64,000 nt of DNA, from positions 891,982 to 955,981 of the forward strand of contig CAJINV010000011.1 in NCBI GenBank assembly GCA_905178155.1. Reading direction: 5' to 3'. Under the pieces are notes generated by a model. The model was not told the origin of the DNA. It saw only the letters and a list, made by a program, of their open reading frames with translations, and searched no databases. The position numbers were made by a program, and so were the translations under genes. Positions 49,101 to 62,331 of the stretch are shown in pieces (position 1 is the first letter of the stretch; every line of letters begins with the position of its first letter). The DNA is from Amoebophrya sp. A120 (Eukaryota > Protista > Dinoflagellata).

Positions 49101-52100
49101 AGGCGCGTCTTGTTCTAATGGAGCCTCAGGAGCTTCCTGCTCTCCCAGCGCAAACGGTTTGAACACGAGCTTTTCCTCCGCAAACGTTGGGGAGCATGAC
49201 GATATCAAGAGCTGTAGTTCGACATCCGGATCCGGAACCAATTCAAATCCGCCCGGAACAAAGCAGCTCTTCTTTCCCCCGCCACCGCCGCCATTCGGCT
49301 GCGTGAATGCCGGAGGCGCGAACAGTGTTTTCGCACCAGCCAACATGTCGACGAATGATTATCAAGGGAGTTCTACTTCTGGGTGTGCGACGACCGACGT
49401 TTCTGGTCCGAAGGACCAACAGCACGGAGATATTAGCTGTTCATCCGAACAAATGTTGGGGAAGGATCATCCCACTACCAATACCTGTCCGGACGAGCAT
49501 GGCCTGTACAATTCGAGCAGCGGTTCTTGTGGGGATCATGAACGTCAACCAGATGGACCGCCATCCTCGAACTCAGGTGGGTCAACATCCGGTCTTTGTC
49601 CAGTTCCGAAAATGTCGTCCCCGGTTTTTGGGAATAGTGTCAACGGAAATAAGGGGACGAGTCCTGGTTCTTGTGAGAACAACCACTACGGGGGCGGGGG
49701 TAGCGGATGGGAGAATCATAGAGGCGGATCCGGACCGAATTCATCTTCCGGTGGCAAAGGCGGAAGCATGGGCGCCGGGATGATGAACCAGTACAACGTA
49801 TCAAAGTGAAAAAAGCCCCCACCCCATATCGAAACGAAATTTCTGATGCTGGATTTGCGTACACAAATCAGATTTGTCTTGCAGTAGGGGACGGCAGGCC
49901 AATGTCATGCCAGTGCGCAGAGGTTTTGGCCTAGGCACTTAGCATGGGGAACGCCTGTGCTGTAGGACCAACAGCATCACAAACCGCCTGCATGACGGGG
50001 CGGAGCGGGTGCCGTTGCTTTCTTGCAAGACAGACGCGACTTGTGGCCACAAATCAGCATCACAAACCTTTTAAGGCGTTCCTTTTCGATATGGGGAGGG
50101 GGGATTTTTCCTGTTGATACAACGACGACGAGCAGTACAACAATTCCAGTTCGATGGGAAGTGCTGGTTGTAACAACACCAATTCATCCACCCGAGGCGG
50201 ACCACACGGCCAGCACCAGCTGCATAACAACTATCCGAACGGTGGTACAACTTCTCGCCAGCAGCACAACTCCGCTCCGCACGGGGCTTTGATCGGGCCG
50301 CCGGGCAGTCGGGCGGCGGCGCACGCGCACCACCAGCACTGGAATAAGCATCAGTACCAGGATCATAACTACGACTACTACGCCGCGGGAGCGGGGTGTT
50401 CCATGCTTGGCTCTGGCGCGGCGGCCCTTGCCGCAGCCGCTGCTGGCTACAATCCGATGCAGCTGAAGGCCGCGGCCATGGTGGACCACAATCCGTATAA
50501 CTACGGTTCGAGTTACTACGCGAGTATGATGCTGCAACACCAGCTGGCCGCCGTGTCGATGGCAGCTGGTGGTGGAGGAGAGAAGAAGAACAAGCAGGAG
50601 AGTGACAATTCGTCTGACGAGGAAGATAGTACAACTCAGAAACGGAGAAACCACAAGAAGAAGAAAGGTTCCAAGCAGAATAAATCCAAGGCGGAGAATA
50701 TGGATGTGTCAGGATCGAAATCGAGAAAATCGAAAAATTTGTGATGCATAAAGTGTAGGGCACTGAAGGGCTGTATTGGGGAGCAGGCAAATGAGACCGA
50801 TTGTAAGCCTGTTTAGGGGTATACAATGTGCTGCCAGAGTAGCATCATGACAGGACCAGTCTTCTGTGCCTAAACAGCATGACAGACTGGATTTGGGTGC
50901 TCCCGAAATTTGTCATGTGCCACTTGGAAACTGAGGCTCCAACTGACATCGATTTTGTGCATCACAAGTTTTTCGATTTTGCCAATTTCGATTCTGACAC
51001 TCCCATAGAGAAGGACGCGGAGGCGATCGCCCGTGAGGAGATTATGCGGGATCTAGCTTCCGATGACGGCTTATGAGAGCGCACAACTCCCCCTCCCCCT
51101 CATTTGTATAGCATGAACGGCAATACAAGCATCAGCAGGAATGCCGGCTTTGCATGACAAATCTACACTGGATTCTAGTGCTATTTGGGCTACCAGAGTG
51201 AGCTTGTCATGCAAACAGTGCCAAGAGGAAGAGGCAAAGGGTGGATTTGGCATTTTGCATGACAGATGAGGGGGAGGGGGAGTTGTGCGCTGTCATACGG
51301 CTTCTCCCCTCGGGAAAGGAAGTATTCCAAAGGGGTAGAAAACGAGGACACCCCGGGGGAGCATCATGATCAGGATCACGGCAGCGACAGCGACGAAGCC
51401 ATGTTTCACTCCTCCTCGAAGATGAACAAGGATAAAAAACGGAAGAAATCTACTTCCAAACATGAGGCGGAAAAGAGGAAGAAAAAGGGAAAGCACGGCT
51501 GTAATGCTAAAGGTGCGGTCATGTCCGAAAACCAGATCCTAAACCCGTATGACGGCGGATCACATCAAACGGGAGCTTCTAGTGCTGCGGGTGTTAGTAC
51601 TTCTAAAAGTGGTCATCATCATTTTATTCCGGGTCGTTCAGCGGAACAAGCAGTAGAGATGGACCAGCAGAACATGTTCGAGAACGGGTGGCTGAAGCAC
51701 GAACACGAGCACGGCAACGTCGACTTTGACAGCAACCATCAGTTGGCAAAAGCACTGCACCTGGGGTCGCCACCTGGTACGGCTGGAGCTCCTGCAGTGG
51801 CGGGCGAAACTAGTACCAGCATCCAGCATGGTCATGGCCAAGCGGCGCACTGGCAACATCAAAAAACTGGTGCTGGTCATAATTCCCTACAACCGCAACA
51901 AGGAGGAGGCTTTGGCAGACAACCGCAGCTGCTGCAAAACCACGTCGGAGCCACCGCTCTGCTACCAAATCAGATCAAGAACGGCGACCCCACGACAGGA
52001 GCCCCTGCAGCTGCCCCTCGTTCCCCCATCGATCTCGCGAGCGTCGCTCCCGGCGCCGTGGTGCGTCGTGTCGGAAAGCGGCAAGTGCGTTGCTTCTTCC

Positions 52101-55100
52101 CGGGGAAGCTGCGTAGTGGCAATATGCGCCGTTCGGGCGGCGGAACGGGCACGAACAGGAAGCGGAAGATGACCGGAAGTCCGAAATTTTCCAAGATGTG
52201 CACCAGTACGACTGAACGTCGCACTGAAGATATTATCGAACCTGGAGAACTGAAAACTGGTGACACTATTACTGCACCACCGTCAGTAGTAGAACATCAA
52301 GTGGCTTCATTCCAACATCCTGCTGTCGAGTATAGTGGCGAGAGGGACGATCAGAACAAAAACCATCACGTTCTGGCAGACCAAGCTCAGGAACAGTACG
52401 TTCATGATACGCCGGAAATAGACGAAGGCAACAGTACCTACGACGCTTCTTATGTGGCGCAACGACCTACCGTGCCAGCATCCGTTGCCACACAAGTTCT
52501 GAATCCGTACCCGGCTTCGGTGCCCTGTGGTGGTGGTTTGGCAACTGGTGGCAATTCTGAACAAAACGTAATGAATAGCTGCAGCTCGTCCACACGACGC
52601 GGCATCATTGATAACACCAGTGGCAGTGGGTCCTGCACGACCTACGAAAATCTCCGTCATCAGCGGCATCCTGCCCACGCTTCTCGCTACGACTCGATTG
52701 GCGCTGCACCAACTTCAAACGGAGCAAACACGTATAATAATGCGTCGGCTTCCCATCAGCAACATCAACGCTCCTCGCGGTTGCTGCAAACGTGCCACGC
52801 CACGGTGGACCTGCGGATCGTGAAAATGTCGGGGGTGGATATCTCAAGGATTGCCGGTGATCGCTGTGCGAACCTGCAGGAGATTCGGGCGTCGACCGAA
52901 ACGGACATCTTTGCGGGCTACGGAGAAATTCAGATCGCCGGGGGGTTGACACAGGTACTACATGTAAAGTAAAATTCTGGAGTTGTTGACCTCTGTGTGA
53001 CGAGATTTATTTTGAAGCAAAGGTACAACTAGTCGTGTACGTGTTTTGGTTTTCGTGTTGAAGTTGCAATTTCTTGTTCATGCTCCTGGTTTTCGGCGCA
53101 GCAATGAGAAAAAAAACCAAAAGGTGATTGATGCGCTGAGCCAAACCATGGATGTTCATGGGAAAGCAGTCGCGAAGGAAGCAGAGACCAAGTATCTTCG
53201 GAAAGAACATCGCGAAGCAGGAGGTGCTGGCCGGGAAAGGGAAAACCGGAATAAAGATGTTGACGGCGTGCACGAGCAAGGGCATGATGAAGATGAACCT
53301 CAACACCAGACCACTTCTCGTGTCCATCGCCCTGCCCATCGGAGCCGTTCCCGGGGACCGCGCAGAAAGAGTGGTGGAGGCCACCGCCCGGGGAGCGCGG
53401 GGCTGCGAAAACTGGCACCGGCGCAAATGCAGCGGGGCGGCGGTGGCCCTTCGCGGGAGAAGAGTATTTCGAGGTTGCGTCAGACGCTGGACAAGGTGCA
53501 CCGTGTGGAGCGGCAACGGAAATTGCTTAACAATGCGAACGCGAAGATGATCGAGAACGGCAACAATAAAGCTGTGCGGAAAAGTAATGGGAAAGAACGC
53601 GAAGGAGCTGCACGGGGAAAGCTGCATGCTCGTAGTACCTCCTCTTCACGGGACGAAGTAGGTGGAGAAGCAAAAGAGGCCCCGGACAGTGGCTGCAAGT
53701 TCGGCTCATGCTCCACAGATGCAAATGCTCAAGAGGATACTGCAAGAGCCGATTCATCCGGAAGAAGATGTGGAGGTGGTAAAAGAAAGAAGCAAACAGG
53801 GAATAATAAAGCTGGATCCCCGAAGATGAACAAGTTGATGAACAAGAACAACCCAAATTTGATTCCGCTGCCAGCGTCTTTTCGCGAGCAGAACAAGGAG
53901 GGATCACGCGGAGCAGGCGGGGAAATGAAATCTAGTAAAACAACTGCTGCCCCTGGCGGTGCTGCTTCGGCTGGTTCTGCGGGTGCTATTGTCGGCAAGA
54001 GCCGGTTCGGCGACTACCAGCCACCTGCCATGAAGGTGACGGTGGACATGACGCCATGTAGTTCCTCTCACGATCATCATGATGTTGACCAAAAGCCGCA
54101 AAGTAAAAACCTCCACGCCACGAGGACCAAAAGAACTTCTACTTGTACTTCTGGCGAAAGCAATAGGCATCGAACCATCCGGGTGGGCGGCGTCACGTTG
54201 ACGAATAAGAAGAACCTGCAAGAACAAGTAGTAGGTGGCACTGCTTGTGCTTCTGGAACTCCGTCAGAAGGACGAAATAATAAACCTACCTTGCGACGAC
54301 GCCGCAATGCACAACCCGAAAATACCGGTGTTATTCAACACGATCAGGCAGACGACAACAGCAACGGACACGGCAAACCTTCCAAGCGAGCTGGACGAGT
54401 AGAGGAAGGAGCTGCGTCAGGCGAGGGATCGAACAGGAAGAAAAGAAGCTTAAACGAGCGGGAAGATGACACTGGAACCCGTCGTCGTGGTGCGCGTAGT
54501 GATGACAACCTTTCGAACACCACATCGACACGGGAAACAGAGACGCGCAACACCGCATCTTCTACGGCGGCCGCAGCACAAGTGCTGCGAGCAGGAGCTG
54601 TTCCGAGCCGAAGTGGAGGAGCCACAGGCGCGGGCGGCGGAGCAGCTGGACAGGTGGTATGAGCTTGTATTTGATGTTGAAGAACTTTTTTGCAGTTTTG
54701 CGAATACAAGCCAAGTTGTTGAAAGATTCGGAATAAAAATAAAATTTTGAAATTTCGCGGATTTTCGAACGCGATAAAAATAAAACTTTGCAACTTCGTG
54801 GATTTGAAAACGTATGAAAATTGATTAAGAATAAGGCGTTGAAACTTCGCGGCTTCACAAAGTGTGATAACTGCAGCAGTTTCAGAGAACCAAGGTGATA
54901 AAAATAAAATTTTGAAATTTCGCGGATTGCAAAACGCGATAAAAATAAAACTTTGAAATTTCGCGGCTGTGGCTTGTAACAAAAACAAGAGGAGCATTTT
55001 TGTGGCTCTGATGTTTAGGAAAATTCAGTACATCATACCCAGAGTGGTCATGTTGTTTCAAAACAATAAACAGACTCCTGATGGGCGCCGACAGGGGACG

Positions 55101-55649
55101 AGCCGCTACGACGACCGGGGTCAGGACCGACGGGACCTAAGGAACAACACCGAAAATAGTAATCACGGCCGCACTGACCGCGATGCACAATCGCGAGGAC
55201 GTCGTGGAGGTGGCAAAAGAGCGGATCATTCTTACGACGAAGAACGACGCGCTGAGGGGAACAATTACACAACCGCGGGAGAGCCTTACGATCACGAATT
55301 TCACCCAGACCGCTCTGAAAACAAAAGCAGGTACGGTACTCGGTCCGCGCGCCAGCAGACAACTAGTAACCCTTTTGACGACCGGACTCGTTACAACAAC
55401 CGGGAAGAACGTGAAGAAGCTCATCACTACTACAACCAATCGCGCACGACCGGCCAACATCATGATCGATCCAACCGACACTGCTCTCGCCGCCGGCAGC
55501 GGGATGCTGTTGACGGGAGTGACGATGCTGAAGCGCACGATTACAGCGGCCGCCGGGCAGCGAAAAAGCAGCGAACTTCGCACTGGGACGAGTATAGTGC
55601 GCCGCACGGTGCTGGAACTTCTAACACTGGGGGTCGCGGATCGCGATGA
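46102..55649 (+). CDS. Very large low-complexity (Asn/Ser/Gly/His-rich) protein with one degenerate KH-like segment, multi-exon
   Basis: ORFs starting at 46102, 50154, 51266, 53046 and 54969 join in frame across introners 49799, 50699 and 51072 and GT-AG introns 52955-53123 and ~54654-55028/55073. True start unresolved. Confidence 0.6.
49799..50119. mobile_element. TIR introner with family F-type termini (321 bp)
   Basis: CAACG-TA...TA-CAACG. Inverted repeat CCCCACCCCATATCGAAA / TTTCGATATGGGGAGGGG. Removal gives NQYN|DDEQYN. Confidence 0.9.
50699..51007. mobile_element. TIR introner, family D, reverse orientation relative to 26243 (309 bp)
   Basis: GAGAA-TA...TA-GAGAA. The interior is the reverse complement of 26243-26549. 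Removal gives SKAE|KDAEA. Confidence 0.92.
51072..51297. mobile_element. TIR introner, family C, reverse orientation relative to 7033 and 38741 (226 bp)
   Basis: CGGCT-TA...TA-CGGCT. TTTGTATAGCATGAACGGCA is the reverse complement of a segment in 38741. Removal gives SDDG|FSPRE. Confidence 0.92.
54731..54967. repeat. Intronic AT-rich repeat: ~41-bp subunits within a ~165-bp duplication
   Basis: ATAAAAATAAAAYTTTGMAAYTTCGYGG occurs 4 times, with a fifth TTGAAACTTCGCGG core near 54839. Confidence 0.8.
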
Positions 55650-58600
55650 TCGTGTTTTCAGGAATGGAAACTTGCCAAAATTATCTTATGAACAGACCTA
55701 CAAGGAGGAGCCAACGAGAAGAAGCACTACAGCGTGGCGTTTTTCTTTTGTGGCGGTGGTCCCCCTTCTTATGGTCTTTTTGCCTTCTTTTTCCTGAAAA
55801 TTACGTAAAAAAGATCGTTTCAAGTATGAGTTCCACGAAAAGTAGTAAGTATAAAAAACATTGAAATATTACAAAAAAAAATGTCGATCGAATAGAAAAG
55901 TAGTCCCTCGTGCACCACTCCTAAGGCGATGTTGTATCTTGGTCGATTTGATATTGATGGCTTTCCTCCGGGGGCCAAATTATTTTTCCAGCAATTCTTC
56001 CGGGTAAGTACCCGGTACTACCGTTGCTTCCACCTGCTTCACTCTGAGGCAGGCGGATACTCAATACATTTTGATTTGTAGAAGTTATTTTAGGATCCTA
56101 AAATAGAAAACCACTCACTCTGAAGTCTGTGGGATCTTCCGGAGTTCACTTTCTACGGGATTTTGATAGACTCACCACCTTCGTAGATGTCCTCGTTAGC
56201 ACAAGGCAGTGGTTGGCGAGATCATACTCATGCTTCAGCACCCAGTAGCAAATCAAAACAACCCTCTCACCACGAAAAATACCACACCAGATTTTTTGCG
56301 CTCCAAGTCTAGTAGATTTGGACAGCAAAAAATGGTGGCAGCGTAATTATATGACCATGACGAGGACGAAGGCCACACGGTGGGTATACATTTACCGTTA
56401 GATTCTGCCTTTTTAGGTCGGACAAAAGGGCGGGCGGGCGTGTTGTTTCATCAGTGAGGTCCCGTCCGCGCCACCCCCGACTTGCTACGAGATGGAAAAC
56501 GAAAACCACAAGCACCTGAGAATAAAGAAAGGAAATAGAAAGTCCGTGGATCGACAAAAATCGGCATATTATAACTGCCCCGTGCTCGTCTAGCAGCTGC
56601 TGTAAGGTGCTTTCAGCAGCGACGACGCTACTATACGAAATACGAGCTAATTACGAATTACTTTAAGTAGATAGATTTTGACGTGAAGAAGTTTCTCCTT
56701 TTCCCCTATATTGCGAAGACCCTGACCTCCCTCTGTAATTAAAAAGAGTTACTCTAAAATTTCTGTTGAATGGAATTTTGAGAAGCAAGGAAGTAGTACC
56801 ACGTCATTTGCATCGCAACTGGCGGAAGGTATTTTCACCCGGCGACGTACTATTCGAAAACAGTCGGTAGATGATAGAAACGAGGAAGGACGGGGCTTTC
56901 ATATATGTTTCGAATATAATAACGCGAGGCCATTATACTACATCTGCTGCGTCCTGGTGTCGGAAATGAAGGAATTACGGCTCCTGCGCCACGACCTGCT
57001 GTATCGCCGCACTCCTGAAGAAAACTATCGGAACACGACAACGGACGAAACGATAACTTTCCCGAACAAAAGTGAGTTTTTTTCTGGATTGCGAAAAATG
57101 ACCTGGCTATGTACGTGGTGCGGTAAGTAGAATGTATGAAGTCCTCTTCGTCTGTGCAGATCACAAACGGATCGATGAAGCCAACTTAACAACGACTAGG
57201 AGCATTGAAGGCGAAGAGGATAGGTTCGAGCTAGATGCAGGGGCGCTGGTCGGCAGTTGGTCCTCGTGCATTGGACAATCACGAAGTCTTTAGCTTTACT
57301 ATTTTGAATTTCCCAATGGGGCGTAGCTTGGGTGTAGTAGAAAATAATTTAATCAAGAAAAAAAAAGCTAACGATTGACTTTCGAAGTAATGACGAGAGC
57401 TGCTGGTTACTAGACTGTAGTCTTGACGTCGAGGCTGTGTTTTTGATAGATCTCGAACTTCTTGAGAATAAATTCAGTTGCTGCAGTTTGTTGCTTGCGC
57501 TGCCAGTTTTGGACCTTCAGGACGACAAAAGTTCTTTGCTGTACTTGCTTCTGCGGATGAAATTTACTGTTTCACCGAAAGGTTGTTGCTGTTGCATTGC
57601 TTCCTCGACTTTCTTCGATACTTGAGCTTTATTGTTCGTGAGCTTTGTTTTTGAATGCATTTTAGCGTTGTTAGTTTTTCTTCTGCATTTGTATCGAGTT
57701 GGAATTAATTTCTTCTCGCGTATTCCCTTTTGCGGGTAGGTTCGGTTGGGTGTAACTCGCACACCAGGAGTGGTTTGGGTGTAAACCAAGAGCGCACATT
57801 AAGTACGAAGTATATGGAATCCCAACTAGGGCGGCGAGTGTAGTGTTAACTCAACATTGAGTGTAAAAACAAGAGCCAAGCTAAAAGCACTGCCATCAGA
57901 ACAACCAGGGTGTAACTCCCTTTCTGCTAACTCTTTCGAAAAGAAGGTCAAGCGATGTTTTTTCGGTCGCTGCGAATTGACCGAATAGAACACTTGGAAA
58001 ACCAAAATAGGCAGCTTGTTGGCACATGATCTTGTGCGAAACTATCTTCAATTTGTCACTGGTTGTCGCCGTCCCGCTGCAGTGCGAAATTCTCGTGCTG
58101 TCAGCATATCCATATGGTTTTTTTAGTTCTGGGTTTGTTTGTTTGCTTTGCCCGTGTTTCGTGAAGTCAACTGTTTGAAGCTAAATTATTCGTATCCACC
58201 GAAATGGAGTCGTGAAGTCGAGCGAGCGTCTGAGAAGTACAACTAAGTTGAGGGCTCACTACTTGCAGGGGCGACATCGGATAAGTTAGTTGCGTTTCTT
58301 CGTGCGGCGGTTCGCAGTCGTCGTCGTGCTCTGCCGCTGTGATTTTGAAGTGCCTCGATCGCCTCGACGAGGAGAGAAACTAGACCAAGTGCCCTGGGAA
58401 ACAGGGAGGAAAATGAACTGTTTATTCTGTGTGGGAGCCGTATCTGCCCTGGAACAGCGGAAGATCATCATCCTATCTTTGAAGGGTGCATGGATACAAC
58501 TTCCTACTAGGGATACCGAAAGGGAGTCTCGAGTAGTTGTTGGGTCCTCACGAACAGACCAACGTACCTACGTGTGCGCATAGACCATCTATCGAAGTGC

Positions 58601-58677
58601 GTGATAAAAATTTCGTGTCAACAACGAACACACAGCAGTTCTTGTACGAGGAAAGAACTTGTTTTACAAAACCATCA

Positions 58678-61600
58678 TGATGCAGCCGTTCCTGGATTCT
58701 TTCATCGACGAGGACTTGCACGACGACGATGCCGACCTCGAGGACGTCATCCGGCGGTACAAGGAGAGCAAAAACAACAAGAAGAAGCAGCACCAGCAAA
58801 ACAATTCCCACTCACAAGCGTCCTCGAATTCCGGCACTGCAACCTCCTCCGCCGGCGCCAACACGCGCGCGACCTCGGCCCCAAACCACGGCGCGTCCCG
58901 GGTCACGCCCACCTCAGCGACCAGTTTCTCCACTTTCGCTACCGGGGGCGGCGGAGGCGGGCTCGGCGCGAGCAGCAATGGCACGACTAGTGGGAACAAT
59001 AATTACAGTAACCCAAGACGGCTATACAGCGCGCACGCTGCCGCCGCTTCCTCGACTAGTACGACGTCTGGGGGTGGTGCGGGGCGGAGTGCGGCCGGTG
59101 GGGGAGCAGGAACTGCTGGCGGTGGTGGAAGAACTGGGATAATTACAGGCAGTAAAACAACAAGCGCTACAAGTTCCGTAGCAAAGACCGGTGCAGCCAC
59201 TGCCACTGGAGATGTTACGAAACATCATTCACAAAGGGGTGCTGCAAAAGCTGCAGGACCATTGGCGGAACAGATGCACGACCCGCCAAAAAGTACAACA
59301 GGAATAAATACTAAAAAAGCCGTAGCCGACGACCGGTACAACAGCTTCGAACCAATACTTCCGCCTGCTCCAGCTTCCGCGGCTTCGCCAGCCGCGCCTA
59401 TCGACATCCGCGCCGCGCCGAGCTCCAGCTCCCGGGCGGCGTTGCGGCCGGTGAGTGCGCGGGTCAACCGGGGGAACAGTGCGAGGGCGGCGGCGATAAA
59501 CAGCAGCGGCAACCAGGAACAGGCTCCAGTGCCATCTGGCAGGAAAGAAGGAGCTGCAGGACCGAGTGCTGCTAGTGATGATCGAAATAATAACAGCAGT
59601 ACTACAACTGTTCAAGCCGCGTCTGCAGTTATCACTACATCCGCAACTGCCGGTGCAGGTCCGCCGAGTGCGCGCAGTCTTGGCTCTTCCGCAAAAATGA
59701 GGGTTGTGACCGAGCCTGTCTTGGTAGCCGCGCCGGTTCTTGTGCCGGGAGGTGGTGGATCCGACGCAGCAGGTTATCATGGGGGTTCGTCCTACACGAG
59801 AACTCCAGGAGGAGGAGAAACACGATCAAAGTCACCGCTTATTCCTGCCGCTGGAACAACAAGCACACAACTCACGCCAACACTTCCTCCACCAACATCG
59901 CAACCCAGACAAACTCCTTCCGGGGGCTCCGTGGTCACCGCAGGAAGCACGCCAGGTGGTGGCGTTGGTGGTGGTGGGGGTGCAGTACCTCCGCCGAGTC
60001 GGCCCCCGACGGTGCCGCCTTCGAGTACGAGCAAAACTGGTACAACAACGTCTTCAGGGCTTAATATCAGCAGAGGTGGAGGCACGAGGACTCCGGGATC
60101 AGGTGGGCGAGGACCAAGTACAACAGAAGGTGGTCCTTCTACTGGCCCAGGAACTACTAGACTAGGGAACAACCCGCCAACATGCGGCCCGCCGATTCTC
60201 TTCTCGTCGGATCAAGAAGTTCTTGTCGCGGACCAAGACCATCTTCAAACCGGCAGTATTAAACAAGCAGCCGATCTGATGATCTCTGGCACGAGTAGAA
60301 GCCACTCGTACGGGGAACAACAAGATCCCAACTACAACTCCGAGTCCGTGCACCAGGCCTCTTCGGTCTTCGCCGCATCCCGAAGCAGCTCCAAGGTGGT
60401 GGAGCAGCGAAGTAAATTGCCGTCCACGGTGACGAACTTGCTGCAGATCCGGAAACGGTCGCTAGTTCCCCTCTCGGAGAAAACGAAACAGCAGGGGATC
60501 GTGGAAATCAACCAGCAGACCGGGAAAACACCACTGCAGCTCGCGTTTCAGCGCCAGATCGAGACGTTGGCGGCCGCGCCAAGTCCGGACAAGAATGAGC
60601 TGTTCGAGGTGAAAACCTTTTTCGATTTACGAGACTACGACCTCGGGGACGTGCAAGAGAACCGACACGAACGGCCGGCGGGGTCGCTGCGGAGCATCTA
60701 CTTGTTCTACGCTAGGCTGTACGAGAAGCTGGTATGACTGTGATGTTCATGAATTTGATAGATGAAAGAAAAGGAAAACTACTTTATTAAACCTTTTCTT
60801 TGAGTTCTATGCGATTGCTTTTGTTGCACTGTGAAATTATTTCCTATTCGTAGACAAATACAAAACATAAACCATCCCTCACGCAAAATCCTATAACTCA
60901 GATCGCGAAGCAGAACGGCAGCGACGTCGCGTTCTTCGGACCCGCCTATTTCGAGGAGTTCAACGACGAGTCCGTTTTTCCCACGAGAATCGACGTCGCG
61001 GACACCCGCGCACTGACCATGCGCGAAATTCTGGATTTCAGCGCGGACTTCGGCCTCCGTCCGCACCGCGTCGGGATCCGGGACCTGGAGCAGTGCTACA
61101 TGGCCGCGTACCGCAACGGGGCGTCGGACCAGCACACGGCGTTCGAAACCAGTCCCGGGCTGACGTACCACGAGTTTCTGCAGTTTCTCGTGTTTCTCGC
61201 GGACGTGCTGGACCAAAACGCGGCCAAGGACAAGCTGTGCATGCGGTCCCCCTGGCTGGGCAGGTTGCAGCGCACGAAGAGGTTCGCGGCGCAGTTGCAA
61301 TTGTCCAACGTGAAGAAGGTGCGGACGAATCTAGTGGACATCTGGCGCCGGACGCACTATACCAAATGTAAAAATGTCTGGGTCTGGAAGAATGCAACTT
61401 GTCATGCTAAATCTGAAGCATGCAAAAATCTGTGTTGCGTGATTACCAAAAGTCGTCCAGTTTTGACCAACTCGGGAGGATGTTTCTCATGCAGGATAGG
61501 CATGCTAGAACTCTCACACAATCTGTCATGCTATGTCCTACATACGCATACCAGACCTCATGGGTCATGGAAAACCTGCATGACAAGTCTAGCACTCTTC

Positions 61601-62331
61601 CAGACCCAGACATTTTTACATTTGATACACTACTGGAAACTCGACGACCCCGATACGGACCTGAAGAAGGTCGCGAAGATCCTGGCCCAGAATTGCATCC
61701 CGAAGACGCGGATCAAACCCCTGTTTAAGGATGGTATAGTGTGATAATGTATTGCGTCACCGGCACGGATGACTTTGATGTGTACTATCTTTGACCCTGG
61801 GCGTTTTCCGTGTAAAGAGCAACTTCTACTACCATCTTCATTCGTGTTTATCACTACAAATAACCCCCTACAGACGCGTCCCGCCAGGGCTCTTCCCCCG
61901 ACGACGTCGCTTCGTGCACCAACTACCTCGAGAAGTTCACCTGGTCGGGCGACGGCCCGACGTGGGAGGCCTTCCCCCTGCCCTACCTGGACATGGGGGT
62001 GTCTAATATCAAGTGCAAAAATGTCTGGGTCTGGAAGAATGTAACTTGTGATGCTGCGTTTGAAATCCAAAAAGATCTGTATTGCATGAGCAGCAAAGAG
62101 AAGGCAACGAACATTTGCTTCGCGGAGAGGGTATTTGCCATGCGCGATAGGCATCAAGAAGGCCTCAAAAAATCTGTGATGCTAGGGCATGCATCACAGA
62201 CGTCAGGGCTCATGCAAAATGTGCATGACAAACTCCCCAAGTCTTCCAGACCCAGACATTTTTACATTTGATATCTAAGGTCGGCGAGCGAAAATCCTTC
62301 AAGATCGCGCTGACGAACAAGGCGACGCACT
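58678..62331 (+). CDS. Hypothetical protein: low-complexity N-half, EF-hand-like helical region and the start of an Ig-like/ASH-type segment; 3' end not in window
   Basis: GT-AG introns 60732-60901 and 61734-61873 and introners 61360 and 62007 all join in frame. Motifs LTMREILDF, LTYHEFLQFL and YLDMGVSKVGERKSFKIALTN. Confidence 0.6.
61360..61627. mobile_element. TIR introner, family A (268 bp)
   Basis: CACTA-TA...TA-CACTA. Removal gives RRTH|YWKLDD. Confidence 0.92.
62007..62273. mobile_element. TIR introner, family A (267 bp)
   Basis: TCTAA-TA...TA-TCTAA. Removal gives MGVS|KVGER. Confidence 0.92.

Noticed and set aside
57745-57920. Short repeats GGTGTAACTC / GTGTAAA and a small hairpin
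   Set aside because: Too short and degenerate to define an element; no termini or target duplication found.
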